A DNA stretch of 64,000 bases from Minisyncoccota bacterium (GCA_041658325.1 JBBAAI010000001.1:279266-343265); one strand, 5' to 3'; counted from the first letter of the stretch, positions 1 through 12,303 are shown. Made by a program: numbers and translations. Notes: generated from the letters alone by a model not told the origin.

Positions 1-45
1 ATTTAAAATAATTGCTTTTTAAGTTTTTTATGTTAAGCTCTATTT

Positions 46-354
46 ATGTTAAAAATAAGATTACAAAGGATAGGCAGAAAGAACGACCCATCATTCCGGG
101 CTGTTTTGACTGATTCGAAAAATAGCACCAAAAGCGGAAGATTTTTAGAAATACTTGGCACCTATAATCCGAAAGCAGGAGAGAAAAATTTAAATGCTGA
201 TAGGATAAAATATTGGATGAGCAAAGGAGCGAAATGTTCAGATACGATGCATAATTTTTTGGTGCACGATAAAGTAATAGAAGGGAAGAAAAAAAATGTT
301 TTGCCAAAGAAAAAGCCGACAGTTAAAAGGAAGGAGTTGAAAGCGAAAAAATAA
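46..354 (+). CDS. rpsP: 30S ribosomal protein S16
   Basis: MLKIRLQRIGRKNDPSFRAVLTDS...GRFLEILGTYNP is the S16 signature; it precedes the KH protein and trmD. Confidence 0.97.
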   Translation: MLKIRLQRIGRKNDPSFRAVLTDSKNSTKSGRFLEILGTYNPKAGEKNLNADRIKYWMSKGAKCSDTMHNFLVHDKVIEGKKKNVLPKKKPTVKRKELKAKK

Positions 355-455
355 CTTGCCCGCCTTTGGAGGGTTTTGTATAATTACAGGTATAGCAGTA
401 TGTCAGGTCGTAACACTGCAAAATAAAAATTAAAAATATAAATTCAGAAATACAT

Positions 456-797
456 ATGGAAGACGCAGACAAGATATTTTTGGAATATGTAGTAAAAGCT
501 CTCGTAGATAATCCGAACGATGTAAAAATTGAAAGGACTGTTGACGAAATGGGTGTGCTCATTACTCTTACCGTAAATCCTGCCGATATGGGTAAGATTA
601 TCGGAAGAATGGGAAATACTGCAAAAGCTATCCGCACCTTGCTTCGCATTATTGGTATGAAGAATAACGCTCGCGTTAATCTAAAGATCAATGAACCGGA
701 AGGAAGCGTAAGACCAGAAAGACCAGCTGGATCCATGAGCTCTGCACCAACGATGAAGACCGTTGATCAGGCGATGGAAGACTTGAAAGGAATTTAA
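456..797 (+). CDS. khpA: KH-domain RNA-binding protein (KhpA/YlqC family)
   Basis: LVDNPNDV...DMGKIIGRMGNTAKAIRTLL KH motif; conserved position after rpsP. Confidence 0.9.
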   Translation: MEDADKIFLEYVVKALVDNPNDVKIERTVDEMGVLITLTVNPADMGKIIGRMGNTAKAIRTLLRIIGMKNNARVNLKINEPEGSVRPERPAGSMSSAPTMKTVDQAMEDLKGI

Positions 798-801
798 GTT
801 A

Positions 802-827
802 AAAAATCCCCCGAAAGGGGGATTTTT
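802..827. terminator. intrinsic terminator hairpin
   Basis: AAAAATCCCCC-GAAA-GGGGGATTTTT directly after the khpA stop. Confidence 0.8.
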
Positions 828-841
828 GTTATAATATAAAA

Positions 842-1498
842 ATGCGTTTTCATATCATTACAATTTTTCCAGAGATTTTTGATTCATATTTAAATGAGTC
901 TATTATTGGGCGGGCGATAAAAAATAAATTAATTTCAGTAAAATTTTATAATCCAAGAGATTTTATTAAGGCTCCTAAAAATAATTATCGGCCGGTTGAT
1001 GACAAACCTTATGGTGGCGGTCCGGGTATGGTAATGCGAGCAGAGCCAATAATTAAAGCAATAGAAAAAGCCATTTCCAAAACTAAAAACAAAAAGAAAA
1101 CAAAAATTATTTTATTTTCTCCATCTGGTAAAAAGTTTACTACAAGCTATGCAAAAAATTCCGCAAAAAAATATACTGATATTATTTTAATTTCTGGTAG
1201 ATATGAGGGCATAGATGCACGGGTGCAGAAAATGTTTAAAGCAGAAGAAATTTCAATAGGGGATTATGTTTTAACTGGTGGAGAACTGCCAGCTATGGTT
1301 TTAGTAGACTCTATCTCTCGTCAGATTCCGGGAGTTTTAGGCAAATATGAATCCCTAGAAGAAGAACGAGTATCCTCTAGTGAAGTTTATACGCGTCCGG
1401 AAGTTTTAAAATACAAGAAGAAAAATTACAAAGTTCCAAAGGTTTTGCTTTCCGGAAATCATAAAAAAATAGAGGAATGGAGGAAAGGGCAAAACTAA
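842..1498 (+). CDS. trmD: tRNA (guanine37-N1)-methyltransferase
   Basis: VDDKPYGGGPGMVM, SGRYEGID, SIGDYVLTGGE and VPKVLLSGNH motifs. Confidence 0.97.
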   Translation: MRFHIITIFPEIFDSYLNESIIGRAIKNKLISVKFYNPRDFIKAPKNNYRPVDDKPYGGGPGMVMRAEPIIKAIEKAISKTKNKKKTKIILFSPSGKKFTTSYAKNSAKKYTDIILISGRYEGIDARVQKMFKAEEISIGDYVLTGGELPAMVLVDSISRQIPGVLGKYESLEEERVSSSEVYTRPEVLKYKKKNYKVPKVLLSGNHKKIEEWRKGQN

Positions 1499-1521
1499 AC
1501 AGAAGAATCCACAACATATAT

Positions 1522-1550
1522 TTGACAAAAAAGCTGAAATAGAGTAGGCT
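1522..1550 (+). promoter_or_regulatory. sigma70 promoter of the rpoB operon
   Basis: TTGACA-17 bp-TAGGCT about 190 nt upstream of the rpoB ATG. Confidence 0.55.
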
Positions 1551-1739
1551 GTTTAGGATTCATTGATTGAGTATCGGATGCAATCTCCGTTTTATTATAA
1601 GGCTGTAAAAAGCATTAATTTAATGTTATCCGAAGTTAGCTAATAAGAAGCAAAAAGAAGTAAGAGAAAAGCACCTTTTCGTCTGTTTTTCTTTTATTTT
1701 TGTTTATTTTTCTTGTTGCTATCTGGGGACTTAATCAAC

Positions 1740-4700
1740 ATGCAAGTAGATACAAAGCGTCCAAAGAAGTATTTTTCTAGATACAAAAAACCTTTAGTAG
1801 AATTTCCTAATTTGATTGAAGCTCAAGTAAAGAGTTTCAAATGGTTGGTAGAGACCGGGATCGGGGAAGTCTTTAAAGAATTTTCTCCGATTATTGATTA
1901 TTCTGGAAAAAAATTCCAATTAGAATTTACTTCTTTTTCTCTAGGTGAATCTAAAATTGACGAAAACAATTCAAAAATAAATAAACTTTCCTACCAAGGA
2001 TCTTTGAAGGCGCGGGTAAAATTAACTAACAAAATTTTAGGTACCGTTAAAGAACAAGAAATTTTTATGTCAGAGCTTCCTCTGATGACTCCGCATGGAA
2101 CATTTATTATTAATGGAGTAGAACGTGTCATCGTACCCCAACTTGCGCGATCTTTTGGAGTTTTCTTTACAGAGTCAGAAAGCAAGGGTACTAGATATTT
2201 TGGTGCAAAAATTATTCCAGCTCGTGGTGTCTGGATTGAAATAGAATCTGAATCTGATGGGGGAATTTATATCAGAATAGACAAAAAAAGAAAATTTCCC
2301 GCAACAGCATTGTTGCGTGCTATGGGTTATGAGACGAATGAGATGATTCTAAAGGCATTCTCACAAAATCCGACCGCAGAAGAAACTATCAAAGCTTCTT
2401 TAGCAAAAGACGGAATAAAAAGCTTAAATGAAGCATATATTGAAATTTATAAACGTCTTCGAGATGGTGATATGGCGACTGCTGACAACGCAAAGGAGTT
2501 TATTAATTCTTTATTTACCGCAGAACGTTATGACCTTTCTCCTGTTGGACGATTTAGATTTAATCAACGTTTTGATAAATCAATGGAAGAAGATGAAATG
2601 GCTCGTAGGATAATTTCTAAAGAAGATTTAGTAACTGTGATTTCTCATATTATCGTTTTGAACAATACTCCGTTAGCCAAAGCAGATGATATAGACCACC
2701 TGGGTCAAAGACGTGTGCGTTTTGTTGGAGAAATCCTTCAGCAAAAAGTGCGTACTGGTATGATGCAAATCAAAAGAAACATTCAAGATAGAATGTCTAT
2801 CATTGATGTTGATACAGCTATGCCTATCCAAATCATCAATCAACGTCCACTACAAGCTCGCATTAAAGAATTTTTTACGACTAACCAGCTTTCTCAATTT
2901 ATGGCACAGGAAAATGTGCTTTGTGAAATAGAACATTTGCGCACTCTTTCAGCGCTTGGGCCAGGAGGTCTTACTCGTGAGCGCGCAGGGCTAGAAGTGC
3001 GTGACGTGCACCCTTCTCATTACGGAAGAGTTTGTCCGATTCACACCCCAGAAGGTCCGAACATTGGGCTTATTTTGCATCTTTCAACTTACGCAAAAAT
3101 AAATGATTTCGGAATTATTGAAACTCCTTATGTAAAAGTAAAAAATGGCAAAATTACCAGTGAAATGGTTTATTTAAATGCGCTTGAAGAAGAAAAATAT
3201 AACATTGCACATGCCGGAACTCCTTACGATGAAAACGGAAAAATAACTGAGGAAAAAGTAGAAGCGAGAATTAAGACAGAACCCGGAACAGTTTCTCGCG
3301 ATCAGATTGATTTTATTGATGTAGCTCCCAATCAAGCCTTTTCTATTGCTACCTCAATGATTCCATTTTTGGAACACAATAATGCAAATCGTGCTTTGAT
3401 GGGAAGTAATATGCAGAAACAAGCTGTGCCTTGTGTGCTTCCAGAAATGCCACTCGTTGCAACTGGTGTTGAAAAATTAGCCTCACGGAATTTAGGTAGA
3501 TTGGTTATTTCACAAGAAGAAGGTGTCGTGTCTTATCTAGACGCAAAAAAAATAATTGTTAAAGGAAAGAAAGAAGTAACTTATAATTTGGTTAATTTTT
3601 TAAGAAACAATAATTTCGCTGTTTTTCACCAACGTCCATTGGTAAATATTGGGGATAAAGTAAAAAAAGGTGATGTCTTAGCAGATACTAGTAGTACGGT
3701 GGATGGACAGATTTCAATAGGACAAAATATTTTTGTTGCGTTTTTGTCTTGGTCTGGTTCTACTTACGAAGATGCGATTATAATTTCTGAACGTCTTGTT
3801 AAAAAAAGTAAATTTACTTCAGTTTATGTTGAAGAATTTACTTGCGTGGTTCGTGATACTAAACTTGGGCCTGAAATCACAACTCGAGATATTCCAAATG
3901 TCGGGGAACTCAAATTAAAAGACTTAGATGAAGATGGTATTGTTCGTATTGGAGCAGAAGTAAGAGAGAATGATATTCTAGTTGGGAAAATTACTCCAAA
4001 AGGAGAGACAGAACTTACTCCAGAAGAAAGGCTTCTCCGCTCAATCTTCGCTGAAAAAGCACGTGATGTAAAAGACACTTCTCTTCGTATGGAGCATGGT
4101 AAACGTGGACGTATTATTAATGTAAAGATTTTTTCACGTGACCTAGGACATACTCTTGAGGCTGGAATTATTAAAAAAATTGTTATTGAAGTTGCACAGA
4201 TCAGAAATATTTCAGTTGGAGACAAACTTTCAGGAAGACATGGAAACAAAGGAGTTATCTCAACAATTCTTCCAGAAGAAGATATGCCTTACACCGCTGA
4301 TGGTACGCCAATAGACATTATTCTTTCACCGCTTGGTGTTCCTTCTCGTATGAACCTAGGACAAATTTTAGAAATTCATTTAGGTATGGCCGCAAATAGC
4401 CTTGGTTATCAAGCTATCGTTCCGCCATTCTTGGGAGCTAGGCATGAAGAAATAAAAGAAGAGCTAGTTAAAGCAGGACTTCCAGAAAATGGTAAGTTAA
4501 AACTTTTTGATGGACGCACTGGAGAACCGTTTCAACAAGATATTGCTGTTGGTTATATGTACATGCTCAAACTTCACCACATGGTGGAAGACAAGATTCA
4601 CATGCGTTCGATTGGACCTTATTCTCTCATTACCCAACAACCTCTTGGTGGAAAAGCTCAAGGTGGAGGACAAAGATTTGGAGAAATGGAAGTGTGGGCT

Positions 4701-4910
4701 CTGGAAGGTTATGGTGCAGCTTATACACTTCGCGAAATGCTCACGATTAAATCTGACGATATTCTTGGTCGATCTGCTACGTTTGATTCTATTATCAAAA
4801 ATGAAACAATCAGGCCACCAAATTCTCCCGCATCCTTTAACGTGTTGCTCAATTATTTGAGAGGCCTCGCGCTTGATGTGGATTTAAAAAAAACTGGAGA
4901 TAATGAGTAA
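1740..4910 (+). CDS. rpoB: RNA polymerase beta subunit
   Basis: GTFIINGVERVIV, RDVHPSHYGRVCPIHTPEGPNIG, GDKLSGRHGNKG and GGQRFGEMEVWALE; ATG 1740 preferred over TTG 1713. Confidence 0.99.
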   Translation: MQVDTKRPKKYFSRYKKPLVEFPNLIEAQVKSFKWLVETGIGEVFKEFSPIIDYSGKKFQLEFTSFSLGESKIDENNSKINKLSYQGSLKARVKLTNKILGTVKEQEIFMSELPLMTPHGTFIINGVERVIVPQLARSFGVFFTESESKGTRYFGAKIIPARGVWIEIESESDGGIYIRIDKKRKFPATALLRAMGYETNEMILKAFSQNPTAEETIKASLAKDGIKSLNEAYIEIYKRLRDGDMATADNAKEFINSLFTAERYDLSPVGRFRFNQRFDKSMEEDEMARRIISKEDLVTVISHIIVLNNTPLAKADDIDHLGQRRVRFVGEILQQKVRTGMMQIKRNIQDRMSIIDVDTAMPIQIINQRPLQARIKEFFTTNQLSQFMAQENVLCEIEHLRTLSALGPGGLTRERAGLEVRDVHPSHYGRVCPIHTPEGPNIGLILHLSTYAKINDFGIIETPYVKVKNGKITSEMVYLNALEEEKYNIAHAGTPYDENGKITEEKVEARIKTEPGTVSRDQIDFIDVAPNQAFSIATSMIPFLEHNNANRALMGSNMQKQAVPCVLPEMPLVATGVEKLASRNLGRLVISQEEGVVSYLDAKKIIVKGKKEVTYNLVNFLRNNNFAVFHQRPLVNIGDKVKKGDVLADTSSTVDGQISIGQNIFVAFLSWSGSTYEDAIIISERLVKKSKFTSVYVEEFTCVVRDTKLGPEITTRDIPNVGELKLKDLDEDGIVRIGAEVRENDILVGKITPKGETELTPEERLLRSIFAEKARDVKDTSLRMEHGKRGRIINVKIFSRDLGHTLEAGIIKKIVIEVAQIRNISVGDKLSGRHGNKGVISTILPEEDMPYTADGTPIDIILSPLGVPSRMNLGQILEIHLGMAANSLGYQAIVPPFLGARHEEIKEELVKAGLPENGKLKLFDGRTGEPFQQDIAVGYMYMLKLHHMVEDKIHMRSIGPYSLITQQPLGGKAQGGGQRFGEMEVWALEGYGAAYTLREMLTIKSDDILGRSATFDSIIKNETIRPPNSPASFNVLLNYLRGLALDVDLKKTGDNE

Positions 4911-4929
4911 TAAACAATAAATCAAAAAT

Positions 4930-7900
4930 ATGAAAACATTAAATACAACTGAATTTGATCAAATTGGACTTCGGCTCGCATCTCCAGAGCAAATAAAAGA
5001 ATGGTCTTTTGGAGAAATTACTAAACCAGAAACGATAAATTATCGTACAGGCAGATCTGAAAGAGGAGGTCTTTTTGACGAGAAAATTTTTGGTCCGGAA
5101 AAAGATTATGAATGTTATTGTGGAAAATATCGCCGAATTCGTTACAAAGATATTATTTGTGAAAAATGTGGAGTTGAAGTTACTCGTTCTATCGTGCGTC
5201 GAGAACGCATGGGACACATAGAACTTTCTACTCCAGTTTCGCATATTTGGTTTTTGCGAGGAGTTCCTTCGAGAATGAGTATTCTTCTTAATATATCTGT
5301 TTCTGATCTTGAAAAAGTGATTTATTTTGCCGGGTATATTATCACAAAAGTTCACGAAGATGAAAAAGAAACAATTTTGTCTAATCTAGACAAAGAATAT
5401 AAAACTAAATTAAAAAATTCAGCGGATGATGATACTCGCGAGAAATTAAAAACATTACTTTCTATAACCAAAAAAGAAATTGGAGAAATTTATGAAGGAA
5501 AAGTTTTGAATGAAATATCTTTCCATCATTATTCTCTTAAATACGGTACCTGTTTTGAGGCTAATATTGGAGCGGAAGCCATTTACTCTATTTTTAAAAA
5601 TCTCGATTTAAACAAACTAAAACATCTTACTGAAAAGATGTTAGAAAAAACGAGTGTAGCGGAAAAGGAGAAATTACAGAAAAGACTTTCTCTAATTCGT
5701 GCGATGAATTATGCAGGAATTCGACCGGAATGGATGTTTTTGACTGTTATCCCAGTTATTCCACCTGTTCTTCGTCCGATGGTGGCCCTAGACGGGGGGA
5801 GACACGCTACTTCTGATTTGAATGATCTTTATCGTCGAGTAATAAATAGAAATAATCGTTTGAAAAAATTAAAGGAAATTAATGCTCCAGATGTGATCTT
5901 GCGAAATGAAAAACGCATTATTCAAGAAGCAGTGGATGCCTTGATTGATAACTCTATTGCTAAACAAAATGATTCTGCTGCGATGAGTCAATCTCAAAAA
6001 CGTCCCCTTAAGTCGCTTTCAGATAACTTGAAATCCAAGCAGGGTCTCTTCCGTCAAAACTTGTTAGGAAAACGTGTGGACTATTCAGGCCGTAGCGTCA
6101 TCGTTGTTGGTCCTAATCTTAAACTCAACCAATGTGGATTGCCGAAGCATATGGCGTTGGAACTTTTCCGACCGTTCGTAATTTCAAGAATTTTGCTAGC
6201 AGAACTTGCTTTTAATATTCGAGGAGCCAACAAACTCATAGAAGAACGTTCACCTGAGGTTTGGGCGATATTAGAAGAAGTTATTCAAGGTAAATACGTA
6301 CTCTTGAACCGCGCTCCTACTTTGCACCGTTTAGGTATTCAAGCTTTCAATCCGATTCTAATTGAAGGAAATGCTATTCAAGTACACCCTCTTGTTTGTC
6401 AGGCTTTTAACGCTGACTTCGATGGAGACCAAATGGCCGTATACGTGCCCTTGCTGGAAGAAGCACAGTGGGAAGCAAAAGAGCTGATGGCAGCAAATAA
6501 AAACTTACTTAAACCACAAAACGGAGAACCGATCGTGAACCCACGTATGGATATGGTGTTAGGAGCTTACTGGATGACTAAATCAGTAGATGGAGAAGAA
6601 GGTGAAGGCAAATATTTTTCAAGTCCAAACAGCGCGATTGCCGCCTTTGAACACGGGGTTGTAACTTTGCGTGCGAAGATAAAAGTTCTTGCTACTGACA
6701 GACATAAATATAAAAAATTCAATGGAGAAATTTTTGAAACTTCTGTAGGCAAATTATTTTTTAATAGTATTTTGCCGAGCGATTTTGCTTATATTAGTGA
6801 TGAAATGACTCACGACAGATTGTCTTTTCTTTTAGACGAACTTATTTTACATTGTGGTGTAGAAAATACTCCTTCCATATTAGATAAAATTAAAGAATTT
6901 GGATTTAAGTATTCTACGGTTTCTGGTACTACTTGGGGGTTGGATAATGTTTCTCTTTCTCCTGAAAAACCAAAAATTATTGCACAAGGTAAAAAACTTG
7001 AAGAGGAAATCATCTCTCAGTGGAGTGAAGGTCTTTTGTCAGAAGAGGAAAAATATCAAAAGATTATTGAAATCTGGATGCACACAAAGAAAAATTTGGA
7101 AAAAGTTTTACCTAATACACTTGATAAAAATGGTTCAGCTTATGATTTATTTACTTCTAAGGCTAGAGGAAACATGAGTACTTTGTCTCAAATGATCGGG
7201 ATGATTGGTCTTATCCAAAACAACCAAGGTAAAATATTGGAATTTCCAATTATTCCGTGTTATCAAGAAGGACTTTCTCCGATTGAATATTTCGTTATTA
7301 CTCACGGTGCTCGTAAGGGTGCTTCTGATACCGCTCTTAACACTGCAAAGGCTGGATATCTAACACGAAGATTGGTGGATGTGGCGCAAGATGTGGTTAT
7401 CACGGAAGAAGATTGTGGCACAAAAGAGGGGAAAATAGTTACGCGAGAAAATATTTCTGGAATTGAAATTCCACTTTCAAAAAATATTCGTGGACGAGTG
7501 CTCGCAGGTGATCTTAAAGACAAAGACGGTAAAGTGGTTTATAAGAGAGGATTTTTAATTACCAAAGAAGAAGCTCGTAACATAGAGGGAGCAGGATTTA
7601 CGGAAGTATTCGTCCGTTCACCCCTTACTTGTAAAACAGTACACGGTCTTTGTGTACAATGTTATGGTCTTGATCTAGGAAGAAATCATTTAGTAGAACA
7701 AGGTGAAGCTGTAGGCATAATAGCTGCTCAGGCGATCGGTGAACCGGGTACTCAGTTGACGCTACGAACGTTCCATGCCGGAGGTGTGGCTGGAACTGAT
7801 ATCACTACGGGTCTTCCACGTGTTGAGGAAATATTTGAAAGAAGAATTCCCAAAAACCCTGCAATTATTTCTGAGACCGACGGAGAAGTGATTGAAATAA

Positions 7901-8538
7901 AAGATAAAGATGGTAAAGAAAAAACAATTAAAGTTTTATCTGATACTAAGGTTGACGGTAAGAGCAATGAAATGGAGTATGAAGTGGCTTTTCGTAGAAC
8001 CCCGATTGTTAAAGTAGGAGATTCTGTAAAGAAAGGACAACTTTTAACTGATGGATCAGCCGATATTGCAGAAATATTTAGATTAGGAAGCAAAGAATTA
8101 GTTGAAGAATATATAATTTCAGAAATAAACAAGGTTTATGAACTTCAAAGCGCTTCAATTTCTAGAAAACACACAGAAATTATTGTTCGTCAGATGTTTT
8201 CTCGTAGAAAAATAAAAGATACCGGGGAAACTAATTTCTCAATTGGTGATATCGTTGAACATACAGATTTCATAGAAGAAAATGCTAGAGTGGCGGAAAA
8301 TGGAGAAAAAGAAGCAAAGGCAGAAACAGTAGTATTGGGAATTACTGAAGTATCTCTACGTACAAAGAGTTGGTTGTCGGCTGCGTCATTCCAAAACACT
8401 AACCGTGTTCTTATTGAAAATGCGATAAAGGGTGGAGTTGACTCTCTCCGAGGCTTAAAAGAAAACGTCATAATCGGGCGCTTAATTCCAGCTGGAACTG
8501 GATTTAAAAATAAGTTTTCTCAAGTTAAAGAGGAGTAA
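4930..8538 (+). CDS. rpoC: RNA polymerase beta' subunit
   Basis: Zn finger CYCGKY...CEKC, catalytic [20 protein letters not shown] and [17 protein letters not shown]. Confidence 0.99.
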   Translation: MKTLNTTEFDQIGLRLASPEQIKEWSFGEITKPETINYRTGRSERGGLFDEKIFGPEKDYECYCGKYRRIRYKDIICEKCGVEVTRSIVRRERMGHIELSTPVSHIWFLRGVPSRMSILLNISVSDLEKVIYFAGYIITKVHEDEKETILSNLDKEYKTKLKNSADDDTREKLKTLLSITKKEIGEIYEGKVLNEISFHHYSLKYGTCFEANIGAEAIYSIFKNLDLNKLKHLTEKMLEKTSVAEKEKLQKRLSLIRAMNYAGIRPEWMFLTVIPVIPPVLRPMVALDGGRHATSDLNDLYRRVINRNNRLKKLKEINAPDVILRNEKRIIQEAVDALIDNSIAKQNDSAAMSQSQKRPLKSLSDNLKSKQGLFRQNLLGKRVDYSGRSVIVVGPNLKLNQCGLPKHMALELFRPFVISRILLAELAFNIRGANKLIEERSPEVWAILEEVIQGKYVLLNRAPTLHRLGIQAFNPILIEGNAIQVHPLVCQAFNADFDGDQMAVYVPLLEEAQWEAKELMAANKNLLKPQNGEPIVNPRMDMVLGAYWMTKSVDGEEGEGKYFSSPNSAIAAFEHGVVTLRAKIKVLATDRHKYKKFNGEIFETSVGKLFFNSILPSDFAYISDEMTHDRLSFLLDELILHCGVENTPSILDKIKEFGFKYSTVSGTTWGLDNVSLSPEKPKIIAQGKKLEEEIISQWSEGLLSEEEKYQKIIEIWMHTKKNLEKVLPNTLDKNGSAYDLFTSKARGNMSTLSQMIGMIGLIQNNQGKILEFPIIPCYQEGLSPIEYFVITHGARKGASDTALNTAKAGYLTRRLVDVAQDVVITEEDCGTKEGKIVTRENISGIEIPLSKNIRGRVLAGDLKDKDGKVVYKRGFLITKEEARNIEGAGFTEVFVRSPLTCKTVHGLCVQCYGLDLGRNHLVEQGEAVGIIAAQAIGEPGTQLTLRTFHAGGVAGTDITTGLPRVEEIFERRIPKNPAIISETDGEVIEIKDKDGKEKTIKVLSDTKVDGKSNEMEYEVAFRRTPIVKVGDSVKKGQLLTDGSADIAEIFRLGSKELVEEYIISEINKVYELQSASISRKHTEIIVRQMFSRRKIKDTGETNFSIGDIVEHTDFIEENARVAENGEKEAKAETVVLGITEVSLRTKSWLSAASFQNTNRVLIENAIKGGVDSLRGLKENVIIGRLIPAGTGFKNKFSQVKEE

Positions 8539-8547
8539 AAAATAATT

Positions 8548-10287
8548 ATGAACTCTCCCGTGCAAAAAATTAAGGAGAGGCTATCAATTGAAGAAGTAGT
8601 CTCTTCTTACATAAAGCTCGACCGAGTAGGTCCGAATTTAAAGGCTAAGTGTCCGTTTCATAACGAGAAAACCCCGTCGTTTTTCATCTCGCCTGATCGA
8701 GGTACTTATTATTGTTTTGGCTGTGGAGCGAAGGGTGATATTTTTACTTTCGTGGAAGAATTTGAGGGTCTTGATTTTAGAGGAGCCCTCAAATTGCTTG
8801 CCGGTAGGGCAGGAGTAGTGTTAGAAACCTTCAATCCAAAGGAAGAAAGCGAAAAAGAAAAAATATACAGAATCATGGAAGAAGCCTCTTTGTTTTTTGA
8901 AAAAAACTTGAAAGAAAATATTGAAGTTTTATCTTATCTTAAAAACAGGGGATTAAACGATGAAAGTATAAAAAATTTCCGTATTGGTTTTGTGAAGAAT
9001 GATTGGAGAGAATTATACCAGTATCTTACGAGTAGAGGTTTTAAAGATAGCGAATTAGAAAAAGCTGGTTTGGTGAAAAAAACAGAAAAAGGTTTTTATG
9101 ATAGATTTCGTGGACGCATAATGTTTCCCATGGGAGATTCTAGTGGGCGTATCGTCGCTTTTTCTGGAAGAATTTTTGTGGATGACGGGAAGTCGGCCAA
9201 ATATTTAAATAGTCCCGAGACCCTAATATTCAATAAATCTTCCGTTCTTTTCGGTATAGACAAAGCGAAAGAGACAATCAGAAAAAACAATTTTTCTATT
9301 CTCGTGGAAGGACAAATGGACTTGATTCTAGCGCACCAGGCAGGATTTAAAAATACCGTAGCCTCATCTGGCACAGCAATGACAGATTCAATATTGTCAA
9401 AAGAAAATATTATCAATAACCTTGGACTTGTTACTAGATTGTCGAAAAATATTGTCTTGGCTTACGATTCTGATAAGGCAGGCATTAATGCTTCAAATCG
9501 CTTTGCCAAAATTGCTTTATCTTTAGGAATGGATGTAAAAGTAGCAGATATACCAGAAGGTATGGATCCAGCTGATTTGATTTCTAAGATGGGGACAGAA
9601 GCTTGGCGAGAAGCGATAAGAAATTCAAAACATTTTATTGAATTTATGCTCGCTAGAATATTAAAGGATACTGACGATAAACGAAAAGTAGGCAGAGAGA
9701 TAAAAGAACGTTTACTTCCTTTCGTAAATGATTTAGAAAGTTCTATAGAAAAATCACATTTTATTACTTTAATTAGCAATCAATCTAGTATTCCAGAAAG
9801 TGCTTTAATAGAAGATTTAAAAAAGGTTGAATTCGAACAAAAACACGAAAAAGAAGATACAAAAATTGCTATAGAAAATGTAGAAAAAAAATTAAGAAAA
9901 GATCCAATCGAACGCAGGCTTCTAGGTATAGCTTTTTGGCAAGAAAGTTTGAAAATTAAAAAAATAGACCCGGAATTAATTTTTAAAAAGCTAGCCTTGT
10001 CTATAGGCTCTGGGCCGAAGGAGCAAGTAAAAGAAAAATATAAGGAAGTAAAAGAAGATTTAATCTATGAAGTAGAAGAATTTTATTTAAATGATGAAAA
10101 TTTAGAAAAAGATGTGAACGAAATGCTTCTTAGTATTGAAGAAGAGTATTTAAATGAAGAATTAATAAAAAAAATGATGGAATTGCAAAATTTAAAAGGG
10201 AAGGAAGAAGAGGTAGAAATTTTTAAAAAAATAAATGAATTAAATAAAAGAAAAGAAGAAATTAAAAATGGTCGTTTAAAAAAGTAA
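8548..10287 (+). CDS. dnaG: DNA primase
   Basis: [11 protein letters not shown]...CFGC zinc domain, [20 protein letters not shown] and YDSDKAG. Confidence 0.98.
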   Translation: MNSPVQKIKERLSIEEVVSSYIKLDRVGPNLKAKCPFHNEKTPSFFISPDRGTYYCFGCGAKGDIFTFVEEFEGLDFRGALKLLAGRAGVVLETFNPKEESEKEKIYRIMEEASLFFEKNLKENIEVLSYLKNRGLNDESIKNFRIGFVKNDWRELYQYLTSRGFKDSELEKAGLVKKTEKGFYDRFRGRIMFPMGDSSGRIVAFSGRIFVDDGKSAKYLNSPETLIFNKSSVLFGIDKAKETIRKNNFSILVEGQMDLILAHQAGFKNTVASSGTAMTDSILSKENIINNLGLVTRLSKNIVLAYDSDKAGINASNRFAKIALSLGMDVKVADIPEGMDPADLISKMGTEAWREAIRNSKHFIEFMLARILKDTDDKRKVGREIKERLLPFVNDLESSIEKSHFITLISNQSSIPESALIEDLKKVEFEQKHEKEDTKIAIENVEKKLRKDPIERRLLGIAFWQESLKIKKIDPELIFKKLALSIGSGPKEQVKEKYKEVKEDLIYEVEEFYLNDENLEKDVNEMLLSIEEEYLNEELIKKMMELQNLKGKEEEVEIFKKINELNKRKEEIKNGRLKK

Positions 10288-10292
10288 AATTT

Positions 10293-11519
10293 ATGAAGAA
10301 AAAAATAAAACCTAAAAAAATAAATAAAAATAGTAAAGCTTTGAAAAAAGTTAAGAAAAATAAAAAGATAAAAAAGATTATTAAAAAACCTAAAAAAATA
10401 AAGAAAAAAATTCTTAAAAAAGATAAAGTTAAAAAGTTATCTTTGGCCGAAAAAAAGGCTGAGGGGCTAGAACATCTTGCTAATACTATTATAGAAAAAG
10501 GGAGAAAGCGTGGGTTTATAACTTATGATGAGATATTAAAAACTTTTCCAGATATAGAAAATAATATTCTATTTTTAGACGAACTTTATGAAAAATTCGG
10601 AGTAGCTGGTATTGATGTGCTAGAGGGGGGGAATCTGCTTAACTTAGACATTGATTTAGATGACAAAGATTTGAATAAAGGAATCATGCATGATTCTATT
10701 CAAATGTATTTAAAAGAAATAGGACAGTATCCGCTTATTCATGCTGGTGATGAAAAAGATCTAGCGAAGCGTATTGAACACGGAGACCTAGAGGCAAAAA
10801 ACTTGCTTGCTCGTGCTAATTTGCGTCTAGTTGTTTCCATTGCCAAAAAATACGTAGGCAGGAGTGCAAATTTAACTTTGCTTGATTTGATTCAAGAGGG
10901 GAATTTAGGTTTATTTAAAGCAGTGGAAAAATTTGATTGGACCAAGGGGTATAAATTTTCTACTTATGCCACTTGGTGGATTCGTCAATCCATTACCCGT
11001 GCTTTGGCGGACCAATCCAGAACAATTCGTATTCCGGTACACATGGTGGAAACAATTTCTAAATATAAACAAACACATCGTAGATTGAGTCAGGATTTGG
11101 GACGAGAACCGTTGGCTGAAGAAATAGCAACTGAGATGGGCATACCGGTTGAAAAAATACACGTCATTGAAAATATTTCTCAAGAAACTGTTTCCCTAGA
11201 ACAGCCAGTAGGAGACGACGATGATAAATCAACATTAGAAAACTTTATTCCCGATGATAAAATTTTGCGTCCAGACCAGGAATCTTCTCGCAGAATTCTT
11301 TCGGACCAAATTCGAGAAGTTTTAGATGAGTTGAATCCAAAAGAGCGCAAGATATTAGAAATGCGCTACGGGTTACTTGATGGTATCCAGCATACACTAG
11401 AGCGGGTGGGGGAAGAGTTCGGCGTGACTCGTGAACGCATTCGTCAGATCGAAGCCAAAGTGCACGAAAAACTCCGCCAGCACGAAAAGATTGCAAGATT
11501 AAAGAATTATTTTGATTAA
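10293..11519 (+). CDS. rpoD: primary sigma factor (sigma70) with a lysine-rich N-terminus
   Basis: [35 protein letters not shown] and [10 protein letters not shown]; follows dnaG. Confidence 0.97.
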   Translation: MKKKIKPKKINKNSKALKKVKKNKKIKKIIKKPKKIKKKILKKDKVKKLSLAEKKAEGLEHLANTIIEKGRKRGFITYDEILKTFPDIENNILFLDELYEKFGVAGIDVLEGGNLLNLDIDLDDKDLNKGIMHDSIQMYLKEIGQYPLIHAGDEKDLAKRIEHGDLEAKNLLARANLRLVVSIAKKYVGRSANLTLLDLIQEGNLGLFKAVEKFDWTKGYKFSTYATWWIRQSITRALADQSRTIRIPVHMVETISKYKQTHRRLSQDLGREPLAEEIATEMGIPVEKIHVIENISQETVSLEQPVGDDDDKSTLENFIPDDKILRPDQESSRRILSDQIREVLDELNPKERKILEMRYGLLDGIQHTLERVGEEFGVTRERIRQIEAKVHEKLRQHEKIARLKNYFD

Positions 11520-11556
11520 ACTAAAAAATCCCCTGAACCCAGGGTATTTTTTAGTT
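11519..11556. terminator. bidirectional terminator between convergent rpoD and dsbA-like genes
   Basis: AACTAAAAAATCCCCTG-AACC-CAGGGTATTTTTTAGTT imperfect hairpin with A and T tracts. Confidence 0.7.
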
Positions 11557-11562
11557 AGCAAT

Positions 11563-12303
11563 TTATTTTAATGCAGCATCAATTTTTGGTTTTACCGTAG
11601 TGTATGATTCAGCTCCATCAATAGTAGAGACAATTTTACCATTCCTTAAAATAAATCCTTTTGGTGTACCAGTGACCCCAGCGCTAGCTCCTTCATTTTT
11701 TGAATCTGCGACAGCTTGTGCGTATTTACTATCATCGAGACATTTATCAAAATTAGATGTGTTTAAGCCGAGTTCTTTCGCAAAGGATTTTAAGTTTAGA
11801 TCAGAAAAGTTTCCTTCATTCTCTCCATTTTGGTGGGTGAAGAGGTAATCATGATATTCCCAAAATTTCCCTTGATCTCCAGCACACCTTGCAGCTTCAG
11901 CAGATTTTTGAGATTCAGGTCCTAGAAATGCAAAGTCTCGATAAACAAATTGCACACTTCCATTTTTTACATAGTCATTTATAATCCTAGATACAAAAGG
12001 AGTCCAAGTAGCATCTCTCTGTTGTAAAGATTGAACCAGGGATTGAGTTCCGGCAGAAAGAGGTTCTAGTCCAGAAATTACCCCACAGAAAGGACACTGA
12101 AAATCCTCATACATGACAACCGTAACTTTTGCACTTGGGTTTCCGAGTATTCTGTCTTCTTTATTAATTGGTGCCAAGGTTGCGACAGGAATTCCATTCC
12201 CTTTTTGGATATTAGGGTTTTTACTATCTTTTAATAATATTGCGCCAGCAATCAGAACTCCCACTATCAATATTGCTCCGGCTATTTGTTTTTGATCCTG
12301 CAT
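11563..12303 (-). CDS. DsbA/BdbD-family thiol-disulfide oxidoreductase
   Basis: N-terminal TM anchor, YEDFQCPFC, AARCAGDQGKFWEYHD and GVTGTP. Confidence 0.92.
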   Translation of the reverse strand: MQDQKQIAGAILIVGVLIAGAILLKDSKNPNIQKGNGIPVATLAPINKEDRILGNPSAKVTVVMYEDFQCPFCGVISGLEPLSAGTQSLVQSLQQRDATWTPFVSRIINDYVKNGSVQFVYRDFAFLGPESQKSAEAARCAGDQGKFWEYHDYLFTHQNGENEGNFSDLNLKSFAKELGLNTSNFDKCLDDSKYAQAVADSKNEGASAGVTGTPKGFILRNGKIVSTIDGAESYTTVKPKIDAALK

